Source: Nanobdellota archaeon (GTDB lineage Archaea; Nanobdellota; Nanobdellia; Woesearchaeales; WJKV01). Taken from it: 64,000 bases of DNA. The DNA lies in contig JAGLWF010000002.1 of assembly GCA_023133595.1 (NCBI GenBank), positions 4,905-68,904 on the forward strand. The letters run 5' to 3'. Numbering within the stretch: position 1 is the stretch's first letter; each line of letters begins with the position of its first letter. Position numbers and translations under genes: made by a program. This document shows positions 8,310 through 18,167 of this stretch, piece by piece. Under the pieces are notes generated by a model. The model saw only the letters and a program-made list of their open reading frames with translations. It was not told where the DNA came from and did no database searches.

Positions 8310-10199
8310 TTAATCAGAAATCTCAAAAAATTCCTTGATCCTGTCAACATAGAGCTGGGTGATTTTCAGGTTCATATCCTTGGGAAAGACTTTATGATAA
8401 TTGCCCCATGTGAATCTCCTATCCAGGAATATGATCACGCCTTTGTCTGTTTCTGTCCGGATACAACGGCCAGCTCCCTGCAGACAACGACTCATTGCAG
8501 GCAAAGAATAACCATAATCCCATCCCTTCTTGAACTTCTCATCATAATAAGAGATCAGTTTATTTGTCTCAAGATCAGGAACTGATAATGGGATGCCCAC
8601 AACAACAACACATTTCAGAAAATCACCTGGAAGATCAATGCCTTCTGCAAAAGAGCCAGACACAGCACCCAACAAAACAGCACCAGTATCAGCATATTCT
8701 TTGTATTTCTCCAGCATCTCCTGTTTTTCTCTTTTAGTCATCTCTGGCTCTTCAAGAAATGTTGTTTTTTTGCACCTGTTCAGGAAATATTCATATATCT
8801 TGTCACGCAAAAAATAGCTTGGAAAGAATAATGCACTGTTTCCAGGAACCAAGTTTGTGATATCAGCCAATATTGCTGCGATCTCATTGAACATCTCAGG
8901 CGAACGTTCATTATACTTTGTTGTTGTCTTGGGAATAACCATTGCCAATCTATTTTCAACTTTGAATGGTGACTTGTACGGCTTCAACTCAGTATTTTCT
9001 GGAAAGCCTAACAAATCATTATACATGTCCAATGGTTCAAGTGTTCCAGACATGGCGATCGTAGAATAAGATTCATTTATCATTGCAGCTGTTATCAAGG
9101 AAGGATCCAGGCATCGGTAAGATAATTCAACCTTATCCTTTCTCTTCTGCAGTATCCGCACAAAACCAAAATCATCCCCTTTCCAGTTCTCTAAGAATGT
9201 TGCTATGATGCCGACAAAAGAACGTTCTTTTTGCTCACGGATATCGTCAGCAATAAACTCAAGATCAGCAATCAGCTGTTCATAATCAGAAGAAGTTTCA
9301 GCCTCGACATTTGCGATAAAAGTTTTCTTGTCAATCATTTTCTCTTTGGTCTTCTCTTCATCTTTTTCTTCAAAAGTATCACAAAACCCGTCTAATACAT
9401 CTTTCACACCTTTGATTATAGCACAAGTCTCTTTGTAGTCAAACTTTTCAGCCTCTTTCAGAGCTGCGCTCAAGACAAAAGACGAGAGTTTTGAAGTCAT
9501 GAGATCACGCACACGGCCAGGCAGGTTGTGCCCTTCGTCTATTATTATGATGGCATTTGCAAGATGTTTTTCATTGCGGTTAAAGAAATGCTGTCTTATT
9601 GTAGGATGCAATATGTGAAAATAATCTGCGATAATCACCTTGGACTTTTTCCCCAATAAAGCAGATAGTTCATAGGCGCACAATTTTTCTTCTTTGCATA
9701 TCTCAATTATCTTATCAGAATGGCAAGGACCCATGCGTTCCAAATCTCTCATGACTTTCTCAGCTTTAACTGTTCCAGTCCCTTCAGACTTTTTAGTGTT
9801 CAGGTAAAACTCGCACCTGCGGGATTGAACCTGTTTCCTGCAGAACTCCTGGAATTGTCCAGAGACAAAGTTCTCAACACCAGGCATAGAGCACATCCAT
9901 TGTTTGCCGATAAAATCAACAGCTGTAAACTCCAGATCATACTTCTCCTTTATTAGCTTCAAAGTATCAATAACAATCCTATGCTGCGTATGCCTGGGAG
10001 TTATAAAGAAGATAGTCTTGCCTCGCTCCAGAGCAAACTTCAGAGCAGGACCTAGAGTAGCAACAGTCTTTCCGATCCCAGTCGGAGCATGTATCAGCAT
10101 ATGTTTCTTCTCTTTTAAACAACGAGCCACATCCTCCAGCATAGAAGACTGTTCATCACGAATCTTTTCAAATGGAAATAAAAAATCTGCCCCCTCCAT
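8310..10199 (-). CDS. XPD/Rad3/DinG-family Fe-S DNA helicase
   Basis: Q motif, APTGIGKT, four Fe-S Cys, DEGH, MSGTL, EGIDLP and QGAGRCIR motifs. Confidence 0.93.
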   Translation of the reverse strand: MEGADFLFPFEKIRDEQSSMLEDVARCLKEKKHMLIHAPTGIGKTVATLGPALKFALERGKTIFFITPRHTQHRIVIDTLKLIKEKYDLEFTAVDFIGKQWMCSMPGVENFVSGQFQEFCRKQVQSRRCEFYLNTKKSEGTGTVKAEKVMRDLERMGPCHSDKIIEICKEEKLCAYELSALLGKKSKVIIADYFHILHPTIRQHFFNRNEKHLANAIIIIDEGHNLPGRVRDLMTSKLSSFVLSAALKEAEKFDYKETCAIIKGVKDVLDGFCDTFEEKDEEKTKEKMIDKKTFIANVEAETSSDYEQLIADLEFIADDIREQKERSFVGIIATFLENWKGDDFGFVRILQKRKDKVELSYRCLDPSLITAAMINESYSTIAMSGTLEPLDMYNDLLGFPENTELKPYKSPFKVENRLAMVIPKTTTKYNERSPEMFNEIAAILADITNLVPGNSALFFPSYFLRDKIYEYFLNRCKKTTFLEEPEMTKREKQEMLEKYKEYADTGAVLLGAVSGSFAEGIDLPGDFLKCVVVVGIPLSVPDLETNKLISYYDEKFKKGWDYGYSLPAMSRCLQGAGRCIRTETDKGVIIFLDRRFTWGNYHKVFPKDMNLKITQLYVDRIKEFFEISD

Positions 10200-10223
10200 A
10201 AACCAAGAAGAAAATCCGAACTA

Positions 10224-10808
10224 TTAAAATGTTTTTATTGCTGTTGTACCAGCCATCTGCTCTAATATGCCAATATAGTCCCTGCAACTGTCAGAATAAA
10301 GACCGTCAACCACAACAGCTCCCTTATTACGGATCTCCATAAAAATCTGAGGGATGCCGTTGCATACAATGTCAAAGTAGATCATTGTATCATCCTCATC
10401 AGTTCTATTAAAAGTTATAACATCATCATGATCGAACTGTGTATCTGATACGACTTCTGTAAGATGGCGTGGAAAAACTTCAACCTCTTCATCAGGCAAT
10501 TCCTCTCTAAGATTCAGAATGACTTGATATCTATCATTGTAGATACTCTCGTCTTCCTGCCAGTCCTCCAGTCTGCTGGCCCTGATAAGTGCAACACGTT
10601 CCTTGATAATAGGATATCGCTTCCCGTATATTTCAGAAAATAAATCATTATTAAATTCTCTTCGGTTTCGTACAAGCTGTTTGCTTGCTTTCAGCTTCAA
10701 ATCCATAATCCATCGTGGAAAAAAATGCTTCTTATAAGTTTCCCAAGGATGAAAAGTTTTAAGATGATAGGTAAGACGTCTAATTCCAGACTCAATTTCA
10801 TCTGTCAT
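10224..10808 (-). CDS. Hypothetical protein (paralog of the adjacent gene)
   Basis: Long ORF sharing motifs with 10844-11377. Confidence 0.7.
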   Translation of the reverse strand: MTDEIESGIRRLTYHLKTFHPWETYKKHFFPRWIMDLKLKASKQLVRNRREFNNDLFSEIYGKRYPIIKERVALIRASRLEDWQEDESIYNDRYQVILNLREELPDEEVEVFPRHLTEVVSDTQFDHDDVITFNRTDEDDTMIYFDIVCNGIPQIFMEIRNKGAVVVDGLYSDSCRDYIGILEQMAGTTAIKTF

Positions 10809-10843
10809 ATGATACAAATAGTCAAAGAAATTTATAAAGCTTG

Positions 10844-11377
10844 TCAGAGGCCTGCTGTCTCTCTCAAAACCTCTATATAATTATGGCTCAGATTTTGACC
10901 TGCTTCTAAGTTGTCCAGCAAGATGATATTCTGCGCAATAGTCATTGCATGCAAAAACTGGTCTCTATGATATATTTGATATGCTAACAAGGTCTGGTCT
11001 GGATCCCGCAGTTCCTTAATTGAAAAATCTGAAGCTCGGGCTTGTTCATAGTAAATGCAAAGAACAGACACAAAATGTTCTGGAAAGATTCTCAATTCTT
11101 CTTCACATAATTCTTCATCAAGAGTGATTTCAACATATGGTTGATCTTGCTGGACTATTTCCTCTGCATTCCCCAGATGATTCCTGATCACTGCAATCTT
11201 TTCTTCTCCAGTTGCACATTCGATCATGTCAAGACGGAATTCAAGAGCAAGCTGATCCAGTTTTTCCTTGTTCGCACGAATAAAATCATCCTGGGATCTA
11301 GGCAAATAATGATACCTGTATATAGACCAGGCGTCGTTCAGTTCAATAGGTTTTCCAAGCATTATCATAACAGACAT
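10844..11377 (-). CDS. Hypothetical protein (paralog of the adjacent gene)
   Basis: The track ORF extends into repeat A2; the likely start is 11377 or 11362, just behind a TATA box at about 11400. Confidence 0.7.
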   Translation of the reverse strand: MSVMIMLGKPIELNDAWSIYRYHYLPRSQDDFIRANKEKLDQLALEFRLDMIECATGEEKIAVIRNHLGNAEEIVQQDQPYVEITLDEELCEEELRIFPEHFVSVLCIYYEQARASDFSIKELRDPDQTLLAYQIYHRDQFLHAMTIAQNIILLDNLEAGQNLSHNYIEVLRETAGL

Positions 11378-11427
11378 AAGAGAATCCACATCCAGTCCAT
11401 ATATAAAACTTATCTGTATATGAACAT

Positions 11428-11520
11428 GCATAGCACCTAGCGTAGTCTTATAGTAAACGATCAAGTAACATAGACTCGGTTTAATGATAAGATTTAATGA
11501 GCTAACGTAGCGTGCTATGC
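11428..11520 (+). repeat. Inverted-repeat element type A, copy 2
   Basis: GCATAGCACCTAGCGTAG...TAGACTCGG...CGTAGCGTGCTATGC, 93 bp. Confidence 0.85.
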
Positions 11521-11527
11521 ATATTCG

Positions 11528-11626
11528 AGCCATTGCTGCGTTCTGCTAGTTTTGCTCTTTGCTTTAGAAGCCGAGTCTATGCATCTCGCACAAAAAATCT
11601 GATAGCTGCACTTGGCAGCAATGGCT
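11528..11626 (-). repeat. Inverted-repeat element type B, copy 1 (99 bp)
   Basis: Ends AGCCATTGCTGC...GCAGCAATGGCT; similar to 24835-24933 and 52773-52871. Confidence 0.85.
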
Positions 11627-11698
11627 ATGCGCGTATATAGAGTCAAAACCTTTATATAGAGCATCAAACCCTGTAAACAACGAGGTCAATTATGCATA

Positions 11699-12727
11699 AT
11701 GATAAGCGAAAAGCAGTTGAAGGACATAAAAGACGAATTAGACCATTGCAAGAAGCCTATATTCTTTTTTCACGATGATCCAGACGGATTATGCTCATTT
11801 CTATTGATGTACAAATACAAAAGAGAGGGTAAAGGTATTGTTGTGAAAGCTATTCCAGAAATGAATGCTTTTTTCGCAAAGAAAGCTACAGAGTATAGTG
11901 CTGATAAAATATTTGTACTGGACATTGCAAGGATAAATGATTCTTTCTACAACTCTGTGAATGTTCCTATTGTATGGATCGACCACCACGACCCTCAGGA
12001 GCATCCTGCAAAAGTAAAATATTATAATCCACGGATACAAGATCCAGACGAGTACAGTCCAGTAGCTTACTGGGTCTACAAAGCATTGAAAGAATTTGAA
12101 TGGATTGCAGCAGCAGGCTGTATCGGAGATTTTTTCTATCCTCCGTTCATAGACAAGGTAAAAAAACAGTACCCGGACTTAGTCCCAAAAGAAGTTGACA
12201 ATATCACAACATTAAAATACGATACAAAACTAGGACGGATCGTCCGGATCTATGCATTCATCATGAAAGGAGGGACAAGCATGGTGATGAACTGTGTAAA
12301 AATACTTACACGGATGGATGATCCAAGAGAATTATTAGAAGGACAGACTTCACGCGCAAGATACGTGAAAAAACATTTTGACAGGATAGAGAAAGCATAC
12401 GATGAACTGCTGAAAGATGCACTGAAACAAAAGAAGAGAAAAAAATTATTTGTCTATACTTATGAAGAAAGCAAAATCTCATTGACAAAAGACCTGGCTG
12501 ACGAGCTTGCTGCAAGATTCCCGAACAAATTCGTCATTGTTGGCAGGGAAAAGAGCGGGGAGGTCAAGATGAGCCTCAGATATTCTCAAAAACCAATACC
12601 GCAGATACTTAAGAAAGCTCTTGCTGGTCTACAGGGATACGGAGCAGGCCATGCAAACGCAGGCGGATCGTGCGTGAGCATAGAGGATTTCGACATATTC
12701 TTAAAAAGGATAGAGGAAGAATTGTAA
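11699..12727 (+). CDS. DHH-family phosphoesterase (RecJ/NrnA-like) with DHHA1 domain
   Basis: HDDPDG, VLD, IDHH, GCIGD, and C-terminal SLR...GAGHANAGG. Confidence 0.88.
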   Translation: MISEKQLKDIKDELDHCKKPIFFFHDDPDGLCSFLLMYKYKREGKGIVVKAIPEMNAFFAKKATEYSADKIFVLDIARINDSFYNSVNVPIVWIDHHDPQEHPAKVKYYNPRIQDPDEYSPVAYWVYKALKEFEWIAAAGCIGDFFYPPFIDKVKKQYPDLVPKEVDNITTLKYDTKLGRIVRIYAFIMKGGTSMVMNCVKILTRMDDPRELLEGQTSRARYVKKHFDRIEKAYDELLKDALKQKKRKKLFVYTYEESKISLTKDLADELAARFPNKFVIVGREKSGEVKMSLRYSQKPIPQILKKALAGLQGYGAGHANAGGSCVSIEDFDIFLKRIEEEL

Positions 12728-12766
12728 AAGTTTATATATTGATTTCTTATTTGATCTCATGGGGAA

Positions 12767-14890
12767 ATGGACAGATTAGAACGCAGAGTTTTGGAATTTG
12801 TAGTTAGACATCCTAAAGGTACAGCTGCATTGGGCCTAGTAGTTGCATTTGGACAAATGGCAATGAGCGGCAATACTATAAGAGATCTAAAACCATCAAA
12901 CCTTAACTTTGCAGGAGCCTGCGCTCTTTACACCGGACTGACCCTGGCAAAAGATTATTGGTTAGGTGCCAGGGAGACAATCGAACCAAGGACAGATTCT
13001 TTGTTTCAGAAAGTTGTCACGGGGATAAGAAATAATCCAAAGATTCCAGCAGTTGCTGCAGGACTGGCACTTGGAGCCCAGTCTCTTGTGCTGCACCCCG
13101 GAGATTTTCCAAAAGCAGCATTCAATTATATTGTTGCGTTTGGATTAGGTTACTGGCTCTGTGAAACAAGCAAGCAGGAAGAACTTGCACGCAGAGCAGA
13201 GAAAAAAAGTAGAAAAGGATTAGCAGGAAAATTATTGGATATATATGACACAATACTAGAACATCCTAAGATTCCAGCTATTGGTGTTGCAGCCTACTGG
13301 GCTTTCAAATATTTACGTTTTGATCTTCCTCCAAAAGACCAGTTTACTCATCTTACTGCCTGGTGTTTTGTAACAGGTTTAGCTTCAGGAGCAGCTTATC
13401 TTGCAGGGTTAGGAATAGGAGGATTACTTCATACCTCCAGCCTTAATAAATTTAGATTAATGTATAAGAGATGGAGAGCAGAAAGAAAAGAAGATTATGA
13501 AAAAGCATCAGAGATCCAGGAAGAATTTTTAGAAACATCAATGCCGATACAAAAGAGATTAAAAGAAATGGCAAGACTTGCAAAATTTTATGCTCTTAAG
13601 GAAGATCTTCCAAGTGCAATGAATATAGCAAACGAGATGCTTGTTGTTCCAAAAAGTTATCCGGAAGTATCAAGTGCGTTAGATGTTCTGACAAACATGC
13701 TGAGTCCAGCAATCATAGAAAAAGAAAGGATGGTGAATGCTGCAAAAAGCTCGTTCAAGGAAGGAGGAGTTGAATTAGCATTACACTATTTCATGCAAAA
13801 AGATTATGAGAAATCAATCCAGGTTTGGGAAGATATAATCCCAAGAAGTTTTAACCCAGACTATACACGTCTTCTAAAAACACAAAATCTGAGATTAATG
13901 GAGATGCATGAAGAAGCAAATGCAGCCATAACTAGATTTATATCCAAAAACAGACAGTATTTCAAAACAAGGTTTGGGTCACTATTCAAAATTATTACTT
14001 TTGATCCTGAATCAGGGCTTGGAAATTTAATAGCAATAAAGACAGGAGTGCAGAAAAATCGTTATGTGACAGAATGTTTAAAGAGAGAGCATAATGTTTC
14101 AAGATATATCAACTTATGTCTCAGAAACCACTCTCCAGTTCCAATGGGACTGTATGATACTAAAGAAGCAACTTTCTATATGATGTCTCATCTTCGAGGA
14201 GAACCTCTAGGCGAACTTATAGACGAGGATAAAACAGTCCTGCGGCAATTGATGAGAGATTTTGCAACATTTCAAAAAAGGACTACAGAGAGCAGAGGCA
14301 AACTAAAAACATTGAAAATTGAGATTCCAAACTTATCAATACAGAATTGGGGTTATGACAAGATCCTGAAAAGATTGCGTACAGATGAACACGGTCTTTT
14401 AGATGCACTAAAAGAAATAGAAGTTCACATGCAGCATTTAACAATGTTGTTTTCAAACGGAGACCTGCACAGAGATAATGTTATACGAGGAAGAAATTAC
14501 TGTTTCCTTGATTTCGAGCGTTCATGTTTTACATGGCCGGCATTTGTCCTGTTTGGAATATATGAAGATCCCCGGAATGGAATTAATGGAAAAATGAAAA
14601 CCACTCTTATTAACGATTATCTCGAAGAATTAAATTGTGACAGAACTATAATCTCAAGAGATCAGTTTGATCTTGCTTACGATCTGATATACAGTCCAAG
14701 GATGCTCGCGACAGTAGCAATGTTCCATGATTATGCTAAAAGAGATTCACGATTCCTAGATTCTGCAAAAAGTGCATTAAGAAAATTAGATGAACATTCA
14801 CCGATCTCAAGCCCTGCAAAAGAGTTCAAAGATGCTGCAACAGATTTTGTCTATAGAACAGGATGTCTTGAACAGTACATTGCCTCTTAA
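12767..14890 (+). CDS. Multi-TM protein with TPR-like region and C-terminal APH/choline-kinase-like phosphotransferase domain
   Basis: About 6 N-terminal hydrophobic helices, helical middle region, IAIK, GDLHRDN and LDFE kinase-fold motifs. Confidence 0.72.
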   Translation: MDRLERRVLEFVVRHPKGTAALGLVVAFGQMAMSGNTIRDLKPSNLNFAGACALYTGLTLAKDYWLGARETIEPRTDSLFQKVVTGIRNNPKIPAVAAGLALGAQSLVLHPGDFPKAAFNYIVAFGLGYWLCETSKQEELARRAEKKSRKGLAGKLLDIYDTILEHPKIPAIGVAAYWAFKYLRFDLPPKDQFTHLTAWCFVTGLASGAAYLAGLGIGGLLHTSSLNKFRLMYKRWRAERKEDYEKASEIQEEFLETSMPIQKRLKEMARLAKFYALKEDLPSAMNIANEMLVVPKSYPEVSSALDVLTNMLSPAIIEKERMVNAAKSSFKEGGVELALHYFMQKDYEKSIQVWEDIIPRSFNPDYTRLLKTQNLRLMEMHEEANAAITRFISKNRQYFKTRFGSLFKIITFDPESGLGNLIAIKTGVQKNRYVTECLKREHNVSRYINLCLRNHSPVPMGLYDTKEATFYMMSHLRGEPLGELIDEDKTVLRQLMRDFATFQKRTTESRGKLKTLKIEIPNLSIQNWGYDKILKRLRTDEHGLLDALKEIEVHMQHLTMLFSNGDLHRDNVIRGRNYCFLDFERSCFTWPAFVLFGIYEDPRNGINGKMKTTLINDYLEELNCDRTIISRDQFDLAYDLIYSPRMLATVAMFHDYAKRDSRFLDSAKSALRKLDEHSPISSPAKEFKDAATDFVYRTGCLEQYIAS

Positions 14891-14939
14891 AAATATAATA
14901 ACAAACTTTATAAACCAAAACTGTATTTTTAGGTATAAA

Positions 14940-15134
14940 GTGGGGAAGAGATGCGTAATCTGCGGGGATGAGGCTGAGTTCATCATCAAGAATTCTCAGG
15001 ACGCTTACTGTAAAGGCTGTGCCCTGGATTGTTTCTCTGATTTATCCTACCTGCAGAAGGTCGAGAAGCAGGCACAGGAACTGAAATATCTTGTCAAAAA
15101 GAAGATGGAAGAGGACCTTCTAGACCAGGATTGA
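14940..15134 (+). CDS. Small Zn-finger protein
   Basis: GTG start behind a TATA box; CVICG...YCKGCA followed by a helical tail. Confidence 0.7.
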   Translation: MGKRCVICGDEAEFIIKNSQDAYCKGCALDCFSDLSYLQKVEKQAQELKYLVKKKMEEDLLDQD

Positions 15135-15566
15135 GTTTGACATGAATTTCTCTCGAACAATTTCCTTCAGGATATGGTGAACCTGCTTTCCATAGATAAT
15201 GTGATTTTTCTCTATCACCTCGATGAATGCTTCCAATTCATCAAGAGTCTGGAACACGACTTCCACTAAAAAATCAAAACCAGCATTTATCTTGTACAAT
15301 GAATTCACACAATCCTGTTTTTGCAGGAACTGCATCAATCTATCCTTGTCCTCTGGCGCGACTGCAAACGCGAGATTTGCCCTGATAAAATATCCAAGCT
15401 TGTCAAAGTTCAGAAGGGCAGTATACTTTTTCAGGTATCCCCTATTTTTTGCTATATTCTCATGCACAGAAGTCACAGGCATGTGAAGCTCTTTTGCAAT
15501 CTTTGAACTTTTCTTTCTCGCATCCTTGCGCAGGGCAGCTATCAATAAAAGATCATTTCTTTCCAT
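15120..15566 (-). CDS. Lrp/AsnC family transcriptional regulator
   Basis: D..LI..LR.DAR....IAK.L HTH; YTALLNF.KLG; RAM domain with G.DF.VEV. Confidence 0.9.
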   Translation of the reverse strand: MERNDLLLIAALRKDARKKSSKIAKELHMPVTSVHENIAKNRGYLKKYTALLNFDKLGYFIRANLAFAVAPEDKDRLMQFLQKQDCVNSLYKINAGFDFLVEVVFQTLDELEAFIEVIEKNHIIYGKQVHHILKEIVREKFMSNSILV

Positions 15567-15646
15567 GCAATAGAATAGACATCAAGACTATTTAGTTATT
15601 TTCCTTATACAAAATATAGAAGTATAGATGTATATACTTTAGATTT

Positions 15647-15976
15647 TTATTTTTTTTTGACAGTTGTTTTCTTCTTCACAACAAACCGCATGTGCTTTTT
15701 GCAGTCTTTGCAATAGTAAACAACCTTTCCCAGATGTGTCCTGACCCGCAGATTGACACCAGGAACCAGATAATGATAGCAGTGCTTGCAGAACTTCCGC
15801 TGCAAAGAAGCAGGTATTTTTGCATTATACCGCATGGCCATCTTTCTGGCCAAGGCTACATACCTGTTGGCGCGTGCCATATTCTTTGGAGCGATCCCTG
15901 CTGCCTGCTTGAAGAGCTCTTTGACCCGCTCCAGAGCAGCCTCTTTCTGTGCTTTCTTGTCTCTTGGTTTTGCCAT
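15647..15976 (-). CDS. rnp4: RNase P protein component 4 (Rpp21)
   Basis: A.ER...LF..A...A.RYV.LAR, FCKHC...L.PG...RVR...C..C....R. Confidence 0.92.
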   Translation of the reverse strand: MAKPRDKKAQKEAALERVKELFKQAAGIAPKNMARANRYVALARKMAMRYNAKIPASLQRKFCKHCYHYLVPGVNLRVRTHLGKVVYYCKDCKKHMRFVVKKKTTVKKK

Positions 15977-16085
15977 TATCAATATGCCAATACTGCTTCA
16001 GATAAAAAGGTTTAGATGCCACTCAAGAAGCATACCAAAATATTTATATACTATAATGGTTATTCTGGAGTATCTAATAGGGAAG

Positions 16086-16355
16086 ATGATGGCTGAAAAA
16101 ATCTTTGATATAATATTTAGGGAAAAGCCTGCTTTAATGCTGGTTAATATGAAGAATGCAAAAGACACTACATATGCTTCTTCACTGGCAAAATCAGTAG
16201 ACTGCACATATTCCCATGTTGTGAAGATCCTGCAGAAGATGCAGGAAGCAGACCTTGTCCAGTTCGAGAAACAGGGCAGGTTGAAACTTCTTCGTCTGAC
16301 AAAAAAAGGAAGAGAAGTTGCAGAGCATATTGAAGGTGCGAAGAATCTGCTTTAA
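16086..16355 (+). CDS. MarR-like winged HTH regulator
   Basis: YAS.LAK.VDCTYSHVVKIL...K.GR.K...LT.KG; true start at ATG 16086 or 16089. Confidence 0.85.
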   Translation: MMAEKIFDIIFREKPALMLVNMKNAKDTTYASSLAKSVDCTYSHVVKILQKMQEADLVQFEKQGRLKLLRLTKKGREVAEHIEGAKNLL

Positions 16356-16386
16356 GCACGAAGACTTCTAAGGGGATATTGATAAT

Positions 16387-17106
16387 TTATTTTGTCCTTC
16401 CAAAAATATCATTAAGCCATAATTTAAAGAGACAAATCCCCATATGCCGGCCCTCCCTGAAAACATTTATATTTGAATCCGCCCTTGTATCAGTATAAGT
16501 TATTGGAACCTGCACTACTCTAAGTCTTTTTTTGAAAGCTCGATATAGCAGCTCTGTGTCAAAGAACCATGTTTTGATTTTTATTTGTTTGAATAAATTA
16601 TTCGATAACGAATTCCATGATTTTGCGCCAGCACAGGCATCGTTCGTTTTTATATTTAAGGTTAATCTCAAAAGAGAATTGTATGTTCTAGATGCAATTT
16701 TCCTCATAAGAGGTCTGCTGGATTTGGTCCCCATATATCTTGAACCAATAGCTATATCTGCTTTATTATAAATAACTGCTTGAACTATCTTAAGGAATTC
16801 CCCTAATTCTACAGGAAGGTCAGCATCAATAAAAGCATAAAAATCACTATCATAAGCCATGGTTGCATTTATTATCTTTTCAGCCTTCCCGTTAGCAATT
16901 ATATCGGAATTGATTATATCGTCAAATTCTTCTGAAAGGTCTTTGGCTATTTTAGGTGAGGAATCTCTGCTTTCCTGCCCTGTGACTAATATTATCCTAA
17001 AAGCATGTTTTAAGTTTGATTTAAGGAAGTTCCTAAGCATAATAACATTCTGCCTAAGTATTTGTTCTTCATTATGTATTGGAATCAGTATTGATAATTT
17101 AGACAT
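16387..17106 (-). CDS. GT2 glycosyltransferase (Dol-P-sugar synthase-like)
   Basis: SILIPIHNEE, DADL, IAIGSRY and FDTELL motifs. Confidence 0.9.
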   Translation of the reverse strand: MSKLSILIPIHNEEQILRQNVIMLRNFLKSNLKHAFRIILVTGQESRDSSPKIAKDLSEEFDDIINSDIIANGKAEKIINATMAYDSDFYAFIDADLPVELGEFLKIVQAVIYNKADIAIGSRYMGTKSSRPLMRKIASRTYNSLLRLTLNIKTNDACAGAKSWNSLSNNLFKQIKIKTWFFDTELLYRAFKKRLRVVQVPITYTDTRADSNINVFREGRHMGICLFKLWLNDIFGRTK

Positions 17107-17181
17107 AATCCCCTGAATCTTATATGAGTTTTTAAATGTTTTTATAGCGGGATTTTCGATATAATGTTAAAACTGATTGTT

Positions 17182-18162
17182 TTAATCTGTTTTAAAGAAA
17201 TCAACATACCATTCGATAGTCTCTTTAAGACCTTTATCAATACCCCATTTTGCTTCCCAGCCCAGTAATTCTTTTGCCTTTTCACATGAAAGATACTGGT
17301 CTCTTATCTCATTAGCTGCTTCATTGAGTATTATAGGTTCAGTATCCCTTCTGAAAGCAGAGATTATTTTATTTACCAGATCCAAGGCCTTTAAATGATC
17401 TTCAGTCCCGAAATTGAAAGCTTCTCCTACTATTCTTGGATTATCCATATTTTCAGCAAGGCATAAATATGCGTCAACTGCGTCACGAACATAGAAATAA
17501 TCTCTTATGAATGTGCCGTCACTTCTAATGATAGGCACTCTATTCATTATAAGCGAACGGATAGTATCCGGAATGATTCTATTAAAATTAAGGTCCCCGC
17601 CGCCATAAAGATTTCCACATCTGGTAATACAAACAGGAAGTTTATATGTTTTGAAATAGGTCGTAGCTAAGAGATCACAGCACGATTTAGATGCATCATA
17701 GGGATATACTCCCTGAAGTGAAAAATCTTCTGTGTACGGAAGTTTACTATGAGTGCCATATGCTTTATCACTTGAAGCCAGGACCATTCTTTCAAGAGTG
17801 GCACTGTTCCTTGCTGCTTCCAGAACGTTCCAAGTTCCCTTTATGTTAATTTCAAATGTATCGAGCGGATTTTCAATAGCGATACTTACAATCGGTTGTG
17901 CTGCTAGATGGAAACAAGTATCAATCATGTAATCAGCAAAAATTCTCCTAATACAGTTGTAGTCTACGATATCCCCATTAGCCACATTAACTTTCTTTAT
18001 TGTTCCAGTTGTAACTAGCATGGATTTAGGAACAATATCTCTGACAAGACAAGTTACATTTGCGCCTTTATCGACTAAAGCACCAGTAAGCCAAGAACCG
18101 AGAAAGCCTGTTGCACCAGTTACAAAAACATTTCTATCCTGCCAAAAATTCTTTTCTTCCAT
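17182..18162 (-). CDS. NAD-dependent epimerase/dehydratase, CDP-glucose 4,6-dehydratase (RfbG)-like
   Basis: FW....VFVTGATGFLGSWL, HLAAQ, SSDKAY, Y..SK and R.GN.YGGGD motifs; start could be up to 18204. Confidence 0.88.
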   Translation of the reverse strand: MEEKNFWQDRNVFVTGATGFLGSWLTGALVDKGANVTCLVRDIVPKSMLVTTGTIKKVNVANGDIVDYNCIRRIFADYMIDTCFHLAAQPIVSIAIENPLDTFEINIKGTWNVLEAARNSATLERMVLASSDKAYGTHSKLPYTEDFSLQGVYPYDASKSCCDLLATTYFKTYKLPVCITRCGNLYGGGDLNFNRIIPDTIRSLIMNRVPIIRSDGTFIRDYFYVRDAVDAYLCLAENMDNPRIVGEAFNFGTEDHLKALDLVNKIISAFRRDTEPIILNEAANEIRDQYLSCEKAKELLGWEAKWGIDKGLKETIEWYVDFFKTD

Positions 18163-18167
18163 CTTAG

